Origin: a virus
Taxonomy: Duplodnaviria; Caudoviricetes
IMG/VR virus record: IMGVR_UViG_3300046004_002250
Span: 1-63,279 of that record
DNA: 63,279 bases
Reading direction: 5' to 3' (one strand)
Part shown: positions 39,043 to 48,324 of the stretch, piece by piece
Position numbering within the stretch: the stretch's first letter is position 1
Layout: each line of letters starts with the position of its first letter
The notes under the pieces: model-generated
Told to the model about the DNA's origin: nothing
Seen by the model: the letters and a program-made list of their open reading frames with translations, nothing else
The model's database searches: none
Made by a program: the position numbers and the translations under genes

Positions 39043-39290
39043 CAGGGTTGGGGGTCGAGGATGTCTTCGAGGTAGCGGTGGATGGCGCCGGGAGTGGTGA
39101 AGGTGTCGATGATGTCTTCGGGGATGGTGAGCTTGTAATGGTCTTCGACGGCGAGGATCACATCGAGCATGTCGGTGGGATCAGCGCCGAGATCGGTGAA
39201 GAGGGCTTCACGGGTGAGGTCGGTGAGGTCGATGCCGGTGTGGTCGAGTTGGTTGAGCAGGAGTTGTTGCAGGCCGGAGAAGTGAATCAT
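39042..39290 (-). CDS. Acyl-carrier-protein-like protein lacking the Ppant serine
   Basis: FTDLGADPTDMLDVILAVEDHYKLTIPE vs canonical DLGADSLD..ELVMALEEEF..EIPD. Confidence 0.8.
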   Translation of the reverse strand: MIHFSGLQQLLLNQLDHTGIDLTDLTREALFTDLGADPTDMLDVILAVEDHYKLTIPEDIIDTFTTPGAIHRYLEDILDPQP

Positions 39291-39325
39291 GAGAGTTGAG
39301 GGTTTGAGTTCGGTCAGGTGTCACC

Positions 39326-40465
39326 TTATTCAGTGATGCGCATGGGCATGAGCACGGTCTGGCGGCCGTCTGGCTGGCCGCCAAGCATGGGGCTATTGGA
39401 ATCACGCAGGCGAAGATAGGTGCCGCTGAAATCCAGACAGGGCAGGAGCAGGAAGGTGTCGAAAGCAATGTTGAAGGGTTCACTGGTGCCTTTCCATGTG
39501 CCTGCGGGGAAGGGCTCACAAAGAACGGACGGGGTGCCGGAACTGGTTTTGACCGCGGCGGTGACGCTATGGTCGGCGTGCAGATGGAAGGTGGTGGTGG
39601 TTTCAGCGCGGGTGCTGCGCTGGTGGAAGAGCAGAGTTTCGCGAGTGGTGTCGGTGAGGGTGACGAAGGTGGTCATGTCCTCGCTTTTAGGGATGACCTG
39701 GGCGTAGTTGGGATAGGTCCCATCGATGAGGGTGTGCTTGAGCAGGCAGTTGTCGAAAGGTTGGGCGAGGATGGTGCAGCGTGCAAAATCATCATTTGCA
39801 ATGTTCATGGGCTTTGAGAGCCAGAAGGGAATGGGTTTGTCGTCTTCCGGCAGGAGGGGGCTGGTGAGGCATTTCAGGGCACGAGGAGGTATGATGAAGC
39901 TGGCAGGCAGGGTAGTGCCGGGTGCGGGTGGGGTGAAGCCGAGATAGCGGCCATTGGTGGCGACAGTGGTGCCGTTTGGAGCAAAGAAGACGCCATTGAG
40001 GACGTAACGGGTCTCATCTGTGGACATGAAGGCGCTGGAGGCGATGGCATCATGCAGGGTTTTGGGATTGAGCCAGCCGCCGAGATTGAAGCCGGTGGTA
40101 TCAAAAGGCGGGAACTGGTCATGATCGATGCGTGCCTGCGGGCATAGGGAGGCGGTGCCGGTGCTGGTGAAGGCGCGCATGTGGTGATTGAGCTGGCAGA
40201 ACTCAATCCAGCCATCCTTGGGAAGGCTGCGGGTGATGGCGAGAAACCATTCAATGCTGCAGGAGGTGGGTTCAGTGAGGCTGGTGGGCTCGGGGAGTTG
40301 CAGGGGCCAGTGGAACTGGTTTTCCAGATCGCTGGAGGCGAGGACGATGCGGGTCTCGTTGATGGGGTGAATGTGCAGGTGGGTGAGCACGGGCAGTTTC
40401 ACTTTGGAATTGATTGAGGTGAGCAGGGCGCGGAGACGGCGGAGGGTGGGGGTGGTGAGTTTCAT
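39326..40465 (-). CDS. dnaN: DNA polymerase III beta-clamp-like protein
   Basis: LPVL, SDLE, STDETRYVLNGV, VATNG, LIDGTYPNYAQVIP, VLMPMR. Confidence 0.85.
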   Translation of the reverse strand: MKLTTPTLRRLRALLTSINSKVKLPVLTHLHIHPINETRIVLASSDLENQFHWPLQLPEPTSLTEPTSCSIEWFLAITRSLPKDGWIEFCQLNHHMRAFTSTGTASLCPQARIDHDQFPPFDTTGFNLGGWLNPKTLHDAIASSAFMSTDETRYVLNGVFFAPNGTTVATNGRYLGFTPPAPGTTLPASFIIPPRALKCLTSPLLPEDDKPIPFWLSKPMNIANDDFARCTILAQPFDNCLLKHTLIDGTYPNYAQVIPKSEDMTTFVTLTDTTRETLLFHQRSTRAETTTTFHLHADHSVTAAVKTSSGTPSVLCEPFPAGTWKGTSEPFNIAFDTFLLLPCLDFSGTYLRLRDSNSPMLGGQPDGRQTVLMPMRITE

Positions 40466-40489
40466 GGGAGTTGATGAGGGTTGGGTGTT

Positions 40490-41035
40490 ATGTTATTACA
40501 GAGACTGACGCTGCTTGAGGAGAGATTGGATGGTGCTTTGACGCTGTTGTGGACGCGGGAGATTGATGACAAAAAATATGCGGACGGAATGCGGACTGAT
40601 AAGTTCCGGTTGAAGGATGGGTCACTGATCAGCGTGGAGCGTGACGAGCCGCGGGCAAAAACCCGCTACTACAAGGTGGAAGATCCCGGTGGTGCTCATG
40701 TGAGGTATTCCACCCATCAGGGAAAGAATAAAAAGCGCATGAAGGTGGACTGGCTTGTCCACGATAAAAACATGAACGGGATGCCTACCCGCGGGCAGGT
40801 GGCATCCGTTCAGAGGGCAACGCGAAAGGTGATTGGTCGCGCTGACAAGATGAGAATGACTGCTTACACAGATCCAGTGCCCTTTGGGCGGATGCCGGTT
40901 GAGTCACTGGTCAAAATGTATGGCCGGGATAGATTCAAAGGCATCAAGACCGGAGGTGATCTTTCAGCGTCGTTTCGCCGGAAGGACAAGTGGGGTGCTC
41001 TGGGGGCTTTGGTGCGCAAGCCGAAGCTGCGCTGA
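40490..41035 (+). CDS. Antisense cargo cassette 3
   Basis: TTGAT-N14-ATG at 40471; MLLQRLTLLEERLDGALTLL leader; LVKMY...F resembles a GNAT C-terminal motif (weak). Confidence 0.75.
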   Translation: MLLQRLTLLEERLDGALTLLWTREIDDKKYADGMRTDKFRLKDGSLISVERDEPRAKTRYYKVEDPGGAHVRYSTHQGKNKKRMKVDWLVHDKNMNGMPTRGQVASVQRATRKVIGRADKMRMTAYTDPVPFGRMPVESLVKMYGRDRFKGIKTGGDLSASFRRKDKWGALGALVRKPKLR

Positions 41036-41366
41036 CATACAAGGTCTGAGGAGGTGATGGGAAATAATGGAGGAAGGCCGGACAAAGCCAGAAGGTGAGA
41101 CCTTCCTTGAGATGCTCTTTGTCGAGGTAAACAAACCCGCCCATGTCCTTGCGGACAAAGCTGTAATTCAGCGCGGATGGGAAGGGCTGGCTGGATGCGA
41201 GCAGTAAAAAATCACGCTGCGGGGACAAGCCAAAATGCAGTGCCAGATGGGCAAGAGCGGTGTTGGCGGCAAGGACAAAGGGTTCATCGACCAGCCCGTG
41301 ATGCGGATCACTGAAAACATAGATGCTGCCTTTGGGCCTGACGTGGAGAGTGTGGATGGTGTTCAT
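40944..41366 (-). CDS. Hypothetical protein (DUF6717-like)
   Basis: VFSD...GLVDEPFV...WLCPAFLHYF..PP..LYV. Confidence 0.65.
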   Translation of the reverse strand: MNTIHTLHVRPKGSIYVFSDPHHGLVDEPFVLAANTALAHLALHFGLSPQRDFLLLASSQPFPSALNYSFVRKDMGGFVYLDKEHLKEGLTFWLCPAFLHYFPSPPQTLYVSAASACAPKPPEHPTCPSGETTLKDHLRS

Positions 41367-41477
41367 CGATAAGAGTAGTGGCTGAATTTGTGGTAGGAGC
41401 GGACGACGATAACGGCGGCAGTGATGATGGCGATGAGTAAAAGCCAGAGGGCGGTGGTGAGGGTGCGGTGGAGCATC

Positions 41478-41819
41478 TCAGTTGTGGTGGAGGTATTGGT
41501 CGGGGAAGTGACTGGTGACGTTGGTGATCTGGTGGGCTTTGAGCAGACCGAGAACAAATTCCTGGGTGAACTCGTCCCAGCTCATGAGGGTGGCGGGGAC
41601 AAACATGATGCAGTAGCCATTGTCGGCGGGATTGGGAAATCCGGTGAAATACTGGGCGACGAGGTGGCCGGTGGTGCCGGACAGGGAGAAGTCGCGGTGA
41701 TAGTAGGTGCAGGCATTTTGGCCGGGCTGGATGCGGCGCTCGAAATCGCCAAGGATGCCGGCTTGCAGGAGGATGTGGCGGCAGAGTGCGTCTTCCTGAC
41801 AGATGATGATGTCGGACAT
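41478..41819 (-). CDS. Hypothetical protein
   Basis: ORF preceded by a TTCATC-repeat leader. Confidence 0.55.
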   Translation of the reverse strand: MSDIIICQEDALCRHILLQAGILGDFERRIQPGQNACTYYHRDFSLSGTTGHLVAQYFTGFPNPADNGYCIMFVPATLMSWDEFTQEFVLGLLKAHQITNVTSHFPDQYLHHN

Positions 41820-41897
41820 GGCGGAGAAAAGATGAATGATGAAGGATGAAACCGCAGGCCATGCGGGAGGCGTGGCCTGCGGTGCGGTGCTCAGCGG

Positions 41898-43091
41898 TTA
41901 AGCGGCGACTTTGGCCTTGCCTTTTTTAGCGGGAGCGGCAGGCAGTTCTTCCTGCGGCTCGGCCTTTGCGGCGATGTGGGTGCGGACGAGGTCGAGCATC
42001 TGCTGGAGTTCCATCTCCCAGGTGCGGAGTTCGCTCAGATCGGCGATCTCGATGCAGTCCACCAGATCGTCCTGCAATCCGGCGATGGACTGCGTGATGA
42101 TGTCGGTGGAAGGCACGCCATCCATGGCGTCGGCCATGGCGCTGCCGACTTGTTCGGGGGTCAGGTTGTCTTCGTCTTCGTCTTCGACGGCAGGGGTTTC
42201 TTCCTGCTCGTCTTCCGGCTCAGCCGAGGCGGAGGAGAAGGCGACGACGTTGGTGGCGGGTGTCGTGGCAGGTGTGACCGCGGTTTCTTCCTCATTTTCA
42301 GGCTCGGCATCAGCATCAGGCTCAGCATCATCAGGCTCAGTGGTAGTAGCTGCTGGGGCAGTGACCACGGGAGCGGTGATGACGGGAGCGGTGACCACGG
42401 GAGCGGTGACCACGGGAGCGGGTTCAGGTTGCGGCGGTGGTGGGGGTGGGTTGGCGGCGAGTTGGGCGGCCTGCTCGGCAATCTGGACCTGCATGGCGGC
42501 GGCGCTGGCTTCGAGGTCGATGATGCGCTGGCGCTCGGCAGCGGCGTCCACGGCCTGCTGGGCGGCGCGGGCGGTGAGTCCGGCGAGGGTGAGACCAGAC
42601 TCAAAGAAGGATTCAAGCTGGTCATCCCAATCGGCATGGTCGGCGCAGATGGCGCGGGACTGTGTGACGGTGGGGCGGTGCTTGAGATTGCCAAGCAGGG
42701 TCATGGACTTGCGCAGGATGTCACACTGGCGCAGGGTCATGCGGTCGTAGAACGCTTCGGTGAAGGGTTCCTTGGTGCCGTCTGCGGTGGCAAAGAGCAC
42801 GGGCTCGGACAGGGCAGGCAGGGTGGAGAGAACCCATTCGGCGGTGCGGGCGTTGTTCAGGCTGGAGGGCTTGATGCCTGCGGCCTTGAGCAGGTCGGTG
42901 GCGTCTGGCAGGGTGCTGAGGATTTTACCCTGGAGCAGGAAGCTGGCGTTCACTTTGCGCTCGGTGGTGACGTAGAGATCCACGCGCTCGTTTTGCGCCA
43001 TCGCGGTGAGGATGGCGAGGGTGAGGCTTGGAGGGGCATCGGTGGTGGATGCCGTGGTGGTTGCTGCTGGTGTGGTGGTTTTTTTAGCCAT
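41898..43091 (-). CDS. Early protein with Pro/Thr/acidic low-complexity linker
   Basis: MAKKTTT start; PVVTA repeats; strong codon bias. Confidence 0.75.
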   Translation of the reverse strand: MAKKTTTPAATTTASTTDAPPSLTLAILTAMAQNERVDLYVTTERKVNASFLLQGKILSTLPDATDLLKAAGIKPSSLNNARTAEWVLSTLPALSEPVLFATADGTKEPFTEAFYDRMTLRQCDILRKSMTLLGNLKHRPTVTQSRAICADHADWDDQLESFFESGLTLAGLTARAAQQAVDAAAERQRIIDLEASAAAMQVQIAEQAAQLAANPPPPPPQPEPAPVVTAPVVTAPVITAPVVTAPAATTTEPDDAEPDADAEPENEEETAVTPATTPATNVVAFSSASAEPEDEQEETPAVEDEDEDNLTPEQVGSAMADAMDGVPSTDIITQSIAGLQDDLVDCIEIADLSELRTWEMELQQMLDLVRTHIAAKAEPQEELPAAPAKKGKAKVAA

Positions 43092-43210
43092 GGTGGTGGT
43101 TTTTAGGGTTTTGAGCAGCCGGATGGGTGAATGCAGTCGCTGTCCGGCGAGGCGGCGACGGCAAATTAAAGTCACTCGATATTACAAGTGACGGAAAGTT
43201 ACGCGGAAGA

Positions 43211-43507
43211 TCAGGCGGCGGCCTGTCCGGTGAGGAGTTCGGCCTGATGGATCAGGTTGCGGCCGGTGTCGGTGATGTGGATGGCGATGGCGCGGCGATC
43301 AGCGAGGAGTTTGCGCTCGATGTAGCCTTTGTGCTCCAGGGAGTCGAGCTGGCCGGTGATGGCGGCGGGGCTGATGTAGAGGCGTTTGGCCAGATCACAG
43401 GGGCGGATGAGTCCGTCTGTGAGGACGGTGAGCAGGGCAAGCTGGCGCATGGAGATGCCATGCGAGGAGCAGTGGTGATTGAGGACGAGGAGGTTGCGGA
43501 CTGACAT
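43211..43507 (-). CDS. MarR-family winged-HTH regulator
   Basis: DLAKRL.ISPAAITGQLDSLE.KGYIER...DRR...IHITDTG. Confidence 0.9.
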   Translation of the reverse strand: MSVRNLLVLNHHCSSHGISMRQLALLTVLTDGLIRPCDLAKRLYISPAAITGQLDSLEHKGYIERKLLADRRAIAIHITDTGRNLIHQAELLTGQAAA

Positions 43508-43538
43508 GGCGGTGGTGGTGGATGGGGTGGGAAAGAGA

Positions 43539-43642
43539 CGCCGGGGTGCTGGTCGGATCGGGTGAAAGCTGCTACGGCAAAGGCCCGAGCGACCGCTGGT
43601 GGTCAGGCCGAAAGGCCCGACTATAACACCAACACCCCGGCG
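43539..43642 (+). ncRNA. Candidate structured RNA (multibranch)
   Basis: Long closing stem enclosing c(TACG)g and GGCC-GAAA-GGCC tetraloop hairpins. Confidence 0.5.
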
Positions 43643-43896
43643 AAAGGGGGTGTCGTAACAAAGAGTGAAAAGTTAAAAAGAGTTACAAATCAGCGCAGCG
43701 TTTGCACTGGTCGAGGATGTTGGCGATCAGCCGGTGGCGGCGGAGGCGGCGGCGGAACAGGGCGACGTTGTCGGTCACGCGAGTCTTGGTGCTGTGACTG
43801 CTGAGGTCAGGCTGTGGGTCGAGACCGCGGCGGGCGATGATGGGTGGTGGACGGTGCATGATGAACATGGGATGTCAAAAGTGGTTAGACGTTGGC

Positions 43897-44526
43897 TTAT
43901 CGCTGTGCAAAGGACATGAGGACGCCGGAGCCATAGAGGCCACCGCCTGCGGCGAAGGTGAAGCCAGCCATATCGCCACTGTTGGCGTAGAACTGATACT
44001 CGGGCAGGCTGGCGATGAGGGCGAGGTAGCGGGCTTGGTAGCCGCTATTGCCGACGACCACGCGGATGGGTTGGCTGATTTTGCCAGTGGACTGGCACGC
44101 ATCGCAGTCGGTAGTGCCGGCAGAGTCGGGCACGAGTCCGCGGGCGTCACAGGTGCGGCAGTCGTGTTGATGTTCACACTCGGAACAAGTGTGGACGCCT
44201 TCACCTTTGCAGTCCGGGCATGGGCCCAGATGGCCTTGGCCATCACAAGCGGCACATTTTTCAAAGATTGGATCGGGCAGAGGATGCGGGATTGGGGTGG
44301 CGGGGTGGGTGAACAATTCTGCCAGTGGTGCAAAGCACTTGGCAGCGGAGATGGCTTGTGGTGGGGTTGGCTGATTTGGATCAACGGGGTTGAGGGGCAG
44401 CGAGGGCACGCGGACACAAATGCGGGCATCGGTGGCGTAGGTGAAGCCGTCATACGTCCATGGCCTGCGCAGGTTGGGACGGTGTGGGTTAGTGGAGCAG
44501 AAGCGTTGTAGGTCGATGGGGTTCAT
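43897..44526 (-). CDS. Protein with DnaJ-type CxxCxGxG zinc finger
   Basis: CAACDGQG, CPDCKGEG, CRTCDARG; YATDARI. Confidence 0.75.
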   Translation of the reverse strand: MNPIDLQRFCSTNPHRPNLRRPWTYDGFTYATDARICVRVPSLPLNPVDPNQPTPPQAISAAKCFAPLAELFTHPATPIPHPLPDPIFEKCAACDGQGHLGPCPDCKGEGVHTCSECEHQHDCRTCDARGLVPDSAGTTDCDACQSTGKISQPIRVVVGNSGYQARYLALIASLPEYQFYANSGDMAGFTFAAGGGLYGSGVLMSFAQR

Positions 44527-46061
44527 GCGGCGATAGGTTTTTGGTGGAGTTTACGAGGTTGGGCTTGGGTGACGATGGCGGCAGTGGCGGTGGTGACTGG
44601 ACGGGCCTTGCCATTGAGACGCTGGCGGCGGGCCTCGATCTGTTCCTTCATGGTCGTGGCGGTCGGGGTTTCCTTGGCCAGCACGCCGAGAATGTCAGCC
44701 GTGGTGGGTTCACGGACGTTGTCGTTGAAGGCGGTGGCCATGGCTTTCTGCCAAGTGCGCTCAATCTGCCGGCCGGAGAAGCCATCACTGGCACGGGAGA
44801 GGGCGGCGAGGTCAAAGCTGGCGGACTGACGCTTGCGGCGGCGGATGTGGATGGCGAAGATTTCTTCACGCTCCTTGGCATTCGGCAGTTCGACACTCCA
44901 GACATCCAGACGGTCGATCAGTGGATCGGGCAGGTTGTCGATGTCGTTGGCGGTGAAGATGAAGTAGATGCCGGTGCTGTCCTGGATGTCTTGCAGGAAG
45001 GCTTTGATGAGACTGGCCGTGGTGCCGCCATCGGTCTGGCCGCTGGACTTGGCACCGGCGGTCATGCCGTCGATTTCATCGATGTAGAGGGCGCACTTTT
45101 TCAGAGCACGGGCGGTGTCCATGACGCGCTTCCAGTTGTTTTCGGTCTGGCCGACGAGAGAGCCTTTAAGCTGGTCGGCGCGGACACGGAGGACGGGGAT
45201 GCCGAGTTGTTTGCCGACGATGGGAGCGATGAGGCTCTTGCCAGTGCCGGGCATGCCGACGAGCAGGCAGCCTTTGTTGGGTGTGAGATCGTAGTCGGAG
45301 GCAGCGGTGGTGAACTGATTGCGGAAGGTGTTCAGTTCATCCTTGAAGGCATCCCAGCCGCCGACATCCGCCAGGGTGAGGGGACTGTCGATGTATTCGA
45401 CCAGACCATTCTTGCGCAGGATGGCGATTTTTTCACGCAGGACGATGGCGGGATCAAAGCGGCCTTGGGTGATGATGCTGAGGGCAAAGGCATCCTCAGC
45501 CTCCGGACTGGTGAGTCCGGCAGCGGCATCCAGCAGGGCATCAAGGTCAAGACCGGTGGGCAGATCACGGATCTGAGTGCGGACGCCGTCTTCGGTCTGG
45601 TAGCAGAGTTCAGTGGCCAGTGCCAGCAACTCGGCGCGGTCAGGCAGGGCGAAGTCGATGACGGAGAAGTGCTTCTCCAAGTCGATCGGCAGTTTCACTT
45701 CCGGCATGATGAGGACGAGGCTGATGAGGCGCTGCTTGGCAATCTGCAGGCTGTCCTTGATCTGGCGGTAGAGCATGGGGTTGGGATCAGCCATGATGAG
45801 ATGGAAATCGCGGAGCAGGAGCACGGTCTTTTCCGGCAGGCCGCCGACGCTTTTGAGGACTTCAAAGGCATCTTCGCCACTGACGGTTTGAGCGCGGGTA
45901 TCGACCCGGCCTTGGGTGACTGACCATGCGTGCAGGCCATACTCCAGGGTGGAGCAGACGGAGTCGAGCAGGGCTTCGGCACGGCTCTCTTCATGAGAGA
46001 CGAGGATGAGACCGGCATAGCCGGCTTGGATGCGTTGGGTGAGCAGGGTGGTGGTGTTCAT
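44523..46061 (-). CDS. Ycf46-like AAA+ ATPase
   Basis: SHEESR, LLRDFH, GMPGTGKS, LYIDEID, TAN, ELPN..ER..IF. Confidence 0.88.
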   Translation of the reverse strand: MNTTTLLTQRIQAGYAGLILVSHEESRAEALLDSVCSTLEYGLHAWSVTQGRVDTRAQTVSGEDAFEVLKSVGGLPEKTVLLLRDFHLIMADPNPMLYRQIKDSLQIAKQRLISLVLIMPEVKLPIDLEKHFSVIDFALPDRAELLALATELCYQTEDGVRTQIRDLPTGLDLDALLDAAAGLTSPEAEDAFALSIITQGRFDPAIVLREKIAILRKNGLVEYIDSPLTLADVGGWDAFKDELNTFRNQFTTAASDYDLTPNKGCLLVGMPGTGKSLIAPIVGKQLGIPVLRVRADQLKGSLVGQTENNWKRVMDTARALKKCALYIDEIDGMTAGAKSSGQTDGGTTASLIKAFLQDIQDSTGIYFIFTANDIDNLPDPLIDRLDVWSVELPNAKEREEIFAIHIRRRKRQSASFDLAALSRASDGFSGRQIERTWQKAMATAFNDNVREPTTADILGVLAKETPTATTMKEQIEARRQRLNGKARPVTTATAAIVTQAQPRKLHQKPIAA

Positions 46062-46086
46062 GGGATGAAGGGTGAAGGGTGAGGGG

Positions 46087-46410
46087 TTACCAGTTGAAGG
46101 AGGGGAGGTCGGTGTATTCCTGGCCTTCGCTGTCGAGGCGCAGGTGGTGGAAGCCGAGATTGTGGAAGGTCTCGATGAGGTTGAGGAAGGCGTCTGAGTA
46201 ACAGGCGTCTTCCATCCACTCGCCGAGGTCATCGATGTCGAGCAGATAGCCGCCAGCGGGCAGGCGGGCCATCATGGGGCTGCTGTGCGGATCTTCCTCA
46301 AGCAGTGCGGCGTTGTCGGTCTCCTTGATGTGGCGGGTGCTGACGACGGGCACCGCCATGACCCAGGGCACGGTGTTGGCGGGTAGGTTGGGGATTTGTT
46401 CAGTCTTCAT
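46087..46410 (-). CDS. Hypothetical protein
   Basis: VSTRHI...LRLDSEG...DLPSFNW. Confidence 0.65.
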   Translation of the reverse strand: MKTEQIPNLPANTVPWVMAVPVVSTRHIKETDNAALLEEDPHSSPMMARLPAGGYLLDIDDLGEWMEDACYSDAFLNLIETFHNLGFHHLRLDSEGQEYTDLPSFNW

Positions 46411-46960
46411 GGTTTTCGGAATGGAAGAGGGCGATTTCTTCATCTTCTTCGGGTTCGGTTTTGGGTGGCTGGAGATCCCGGAAGCCAGTGAGGCGGAACT
46501 CGTCAAACCATGTGGCGTGGCAGTCATGACAATCGACCATCTGGTCGGCAGTCATGCCGTCCGGTTCCAGGGCGCTGGCTTGGATGGCGGTGCTGCCGCA
46601 GTGCGGGCAGGTGGTGCCGCCATCTTCCAGATACTGCTGTTGAGGGTTGGGCTGGTGGGCACCTTCATGCGGGCAGATGATCCAATGCCAGACGGGGTGA
46701 TCGTGCGGCAGGTTGCGGCGGAGCAGGGTGAACAGAGGAAACGCTGGGTCAGTGACATCAGGCCGGAGGTCGAGGATCTCATGACCTTCAAGTATGTTGC
46801 CTAAAAGATGGCAGAGATGGGCGGCGGTATCGCCGGTGATCTGCCACTTGAGACTTGTCCAGACGTGCTTGGCCACGGCGGCGCGGGAGGCGTCACCAAG
46901 GGCGGCGCTGATCGTTTTGGCGCTGGCGATGAGGTCAGTGTTGAGGGCGGGTTGGGACAT
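46400..46960 (-). CDS. Zn-ribbon protein
   Basis: CPHCGS...CHDCHATW. Confidence 0.65.
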   Translation of the reverse strand: MSQPALNTDLIASAKTISAALGDASRAAVAKHVWTSLKWQITGDTAAHLCHLLGNILEGHEILDLRPDVTDPAFPLFTLLRRNLPHDHPVWHWIICPHEGAHQPNPQQQYLEDGGTTCPHCGSTAIQASALEPDGMTADQMVDCHDCHATWFDEFRLTGFRDLQPPKTEPEEDEEIALFHSENHED

Positions 46961-47003
46961 GGGGAAAGGATGAAGGGTGAAGGATGAAGGATGAAGGTGA
47001 AGG

Positions 47004-48092
47004 TTAGGCGGCTTTGAGTTTGAGCTGGGAGATGTGGCACTCCTGTGGCGAGACATCGTCACGGGGGCCGAGATAGACGGGCTGGAAGACGCAGCCATCA
47101 GGGAAGGCGTAGAGGTAGCGCACCTCGACAATGGAGTCGGCGGGCGGGATGCTGTGATTGGGTGGGATGGTCACATTGCCAAAGCCACGGACGCGGCCCT
47201 GATTCTCGTAGAGGATGAGTTCTACGCTGCGCTTGCCTGTGCTGGTGCTGCCGACGATGAAGCTGGCGGTCTCCGTGAACTTGAACTTGAGGGCAGGGCC
47301 GCCAGTGCTGGGGCGTGAGCTTTGCCACGGAGCATTCAGGTCTTTGAAGACGATGCCTTCGGCGTTGTCGGCGCGGAGTTGGTCGAGTAGGTCTTGCTTG
47401 CTTGCAAGAGTGGTCTCACTATCGACGCATTGCAGGTGGATGAAGTATTCATCATTGACGTAAAGCAGACGCCGGAGCATGTCATGGCGTTCGGCATAAG
47501 AGCGGTGCCGGACATCGATATTGTCCTGACTGAGCAGGTCAAAGGCCATGAAGGTGTCACCCACCATTTCACCGTCGATCACACAAAGGTGGAGTAGATC
47601 AAGCATGGCGCGCTGGACGGTAGCCGGGAAACCACAGGGCAGGCCGCGCTTATTGACGGCAGTCACGACGCCTCTGCCGCCTTGGCTGGTGAGGGTGAGC
47701 GTCATGCGTTTGCCGTCGTGCTTCTGCTGGGCGCAGTAGCGCCCATCACGCAGCAGGCGGTCAAGCTCTGCTTCGGTGATGCTGTTGAGCAGCATGGGCA
47801 GGGTGGGGTCGGCTGCGGGCGCGGTGCTGACGGTGGGGGCCACGGCGGGCGCGGTCTGGCCATCGGTGGCGATGACGTAACCGCCTGCCTGCTTGCTGCG
47901 GATGAGTTTGGTGGCGATGTCTCCGGCCACTTCATGGCGGACGGGTTCGGGCGTCTTGGTGCCGGTGGTCAGGGTGCTGCCACGGCGGCCGTAAGCAAAG
48001 GTGACGATGCTGGTGGTGGCCGTGATGGGGTCGATCGTGACTTGATAGACCTTGTCACTGCCAGCTTGGCGGTTGTAAAGGGTGGTGGTCAT
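47004..48092 (-). CDS. WGR domain + ATP-dependent DNA ligase-like protein
   Basis: SDKVY, YGRRG, KHDGKR, IDGE, AFDLL, EGIVFK, LKFKF, VEVRY. Confidence 0.88.
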   Translation of the reverse strand: MTTTLYNRQAGSDKVYQVTIDPITATTSIVTFAYGRRGSTLTTGTKTPEPVRHEVAGDIATKLIRSKQAGGYVIATDGQTAPAVAPTVSTAPAADPTLPMLLNSITEAELDRLLRDGRYCAQQKHDGKRMTLTLTSQGGRGVVTAVNKRGLPCGFPATVQRAMLDLLHLCVIDGEMVGDTFMAFDLLSQDNIDVRHRSYAERHDMLRRLLYVNDEYFIHLQCVDSETTLASKQDLLDQLRADNAEGIVFKDLNAPWQSSRPSTGGPALKFKFTETASFIVGSTSTGKRSVELILYENQGRVRGFGNVTIPPNHSIPPADSIVEVRYLYAFPDGCVFQPVYLGPRDDVSPQECHISQLKLKAA

Positions 48093-48100
48093 GGACGGAG

Positions 48101-48289
48101 TTAAGCGTTGGCGTTTTGGTAGGTGGTGGCGGAGGTCTGAGCGTGGAACTCAGGTTTCTTTTTGACGGACTGGACGGTGCCGAGTGCGGCCTCGATCTGG
48201 GCGGTGGTGCTCTGGCAGGACTTGCCTTTGAAGCCGCTGGTCTCCACGGAGGTGGCACCGTTGTGCAGGGTGATGGTGATGGTTTTCAC
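48101..48289 (-). CDS. DUF2997-like protein
   Basis: VETSGFKGKSC...T..IEAALG....KKPEF. Confidence 0.85.
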   Translation of the reverse strand: MKTITITLHNGATSVETSGFKGKSCQSTTAQIEAALGTVQSVKKKPEFHAQTSATTYQNANA

Positions 48290-48324
48290 AGAAAGGATAA
48301 AGGGTGAAGGATGAAGGATGAAGG

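Noticed and set aside
43539-43642. Hammerhead ribozyme or c-di-GMP riboswitch
   Set aside because: No CUGANGA core or riboswitch consensus recognised; kept as an unknown structure
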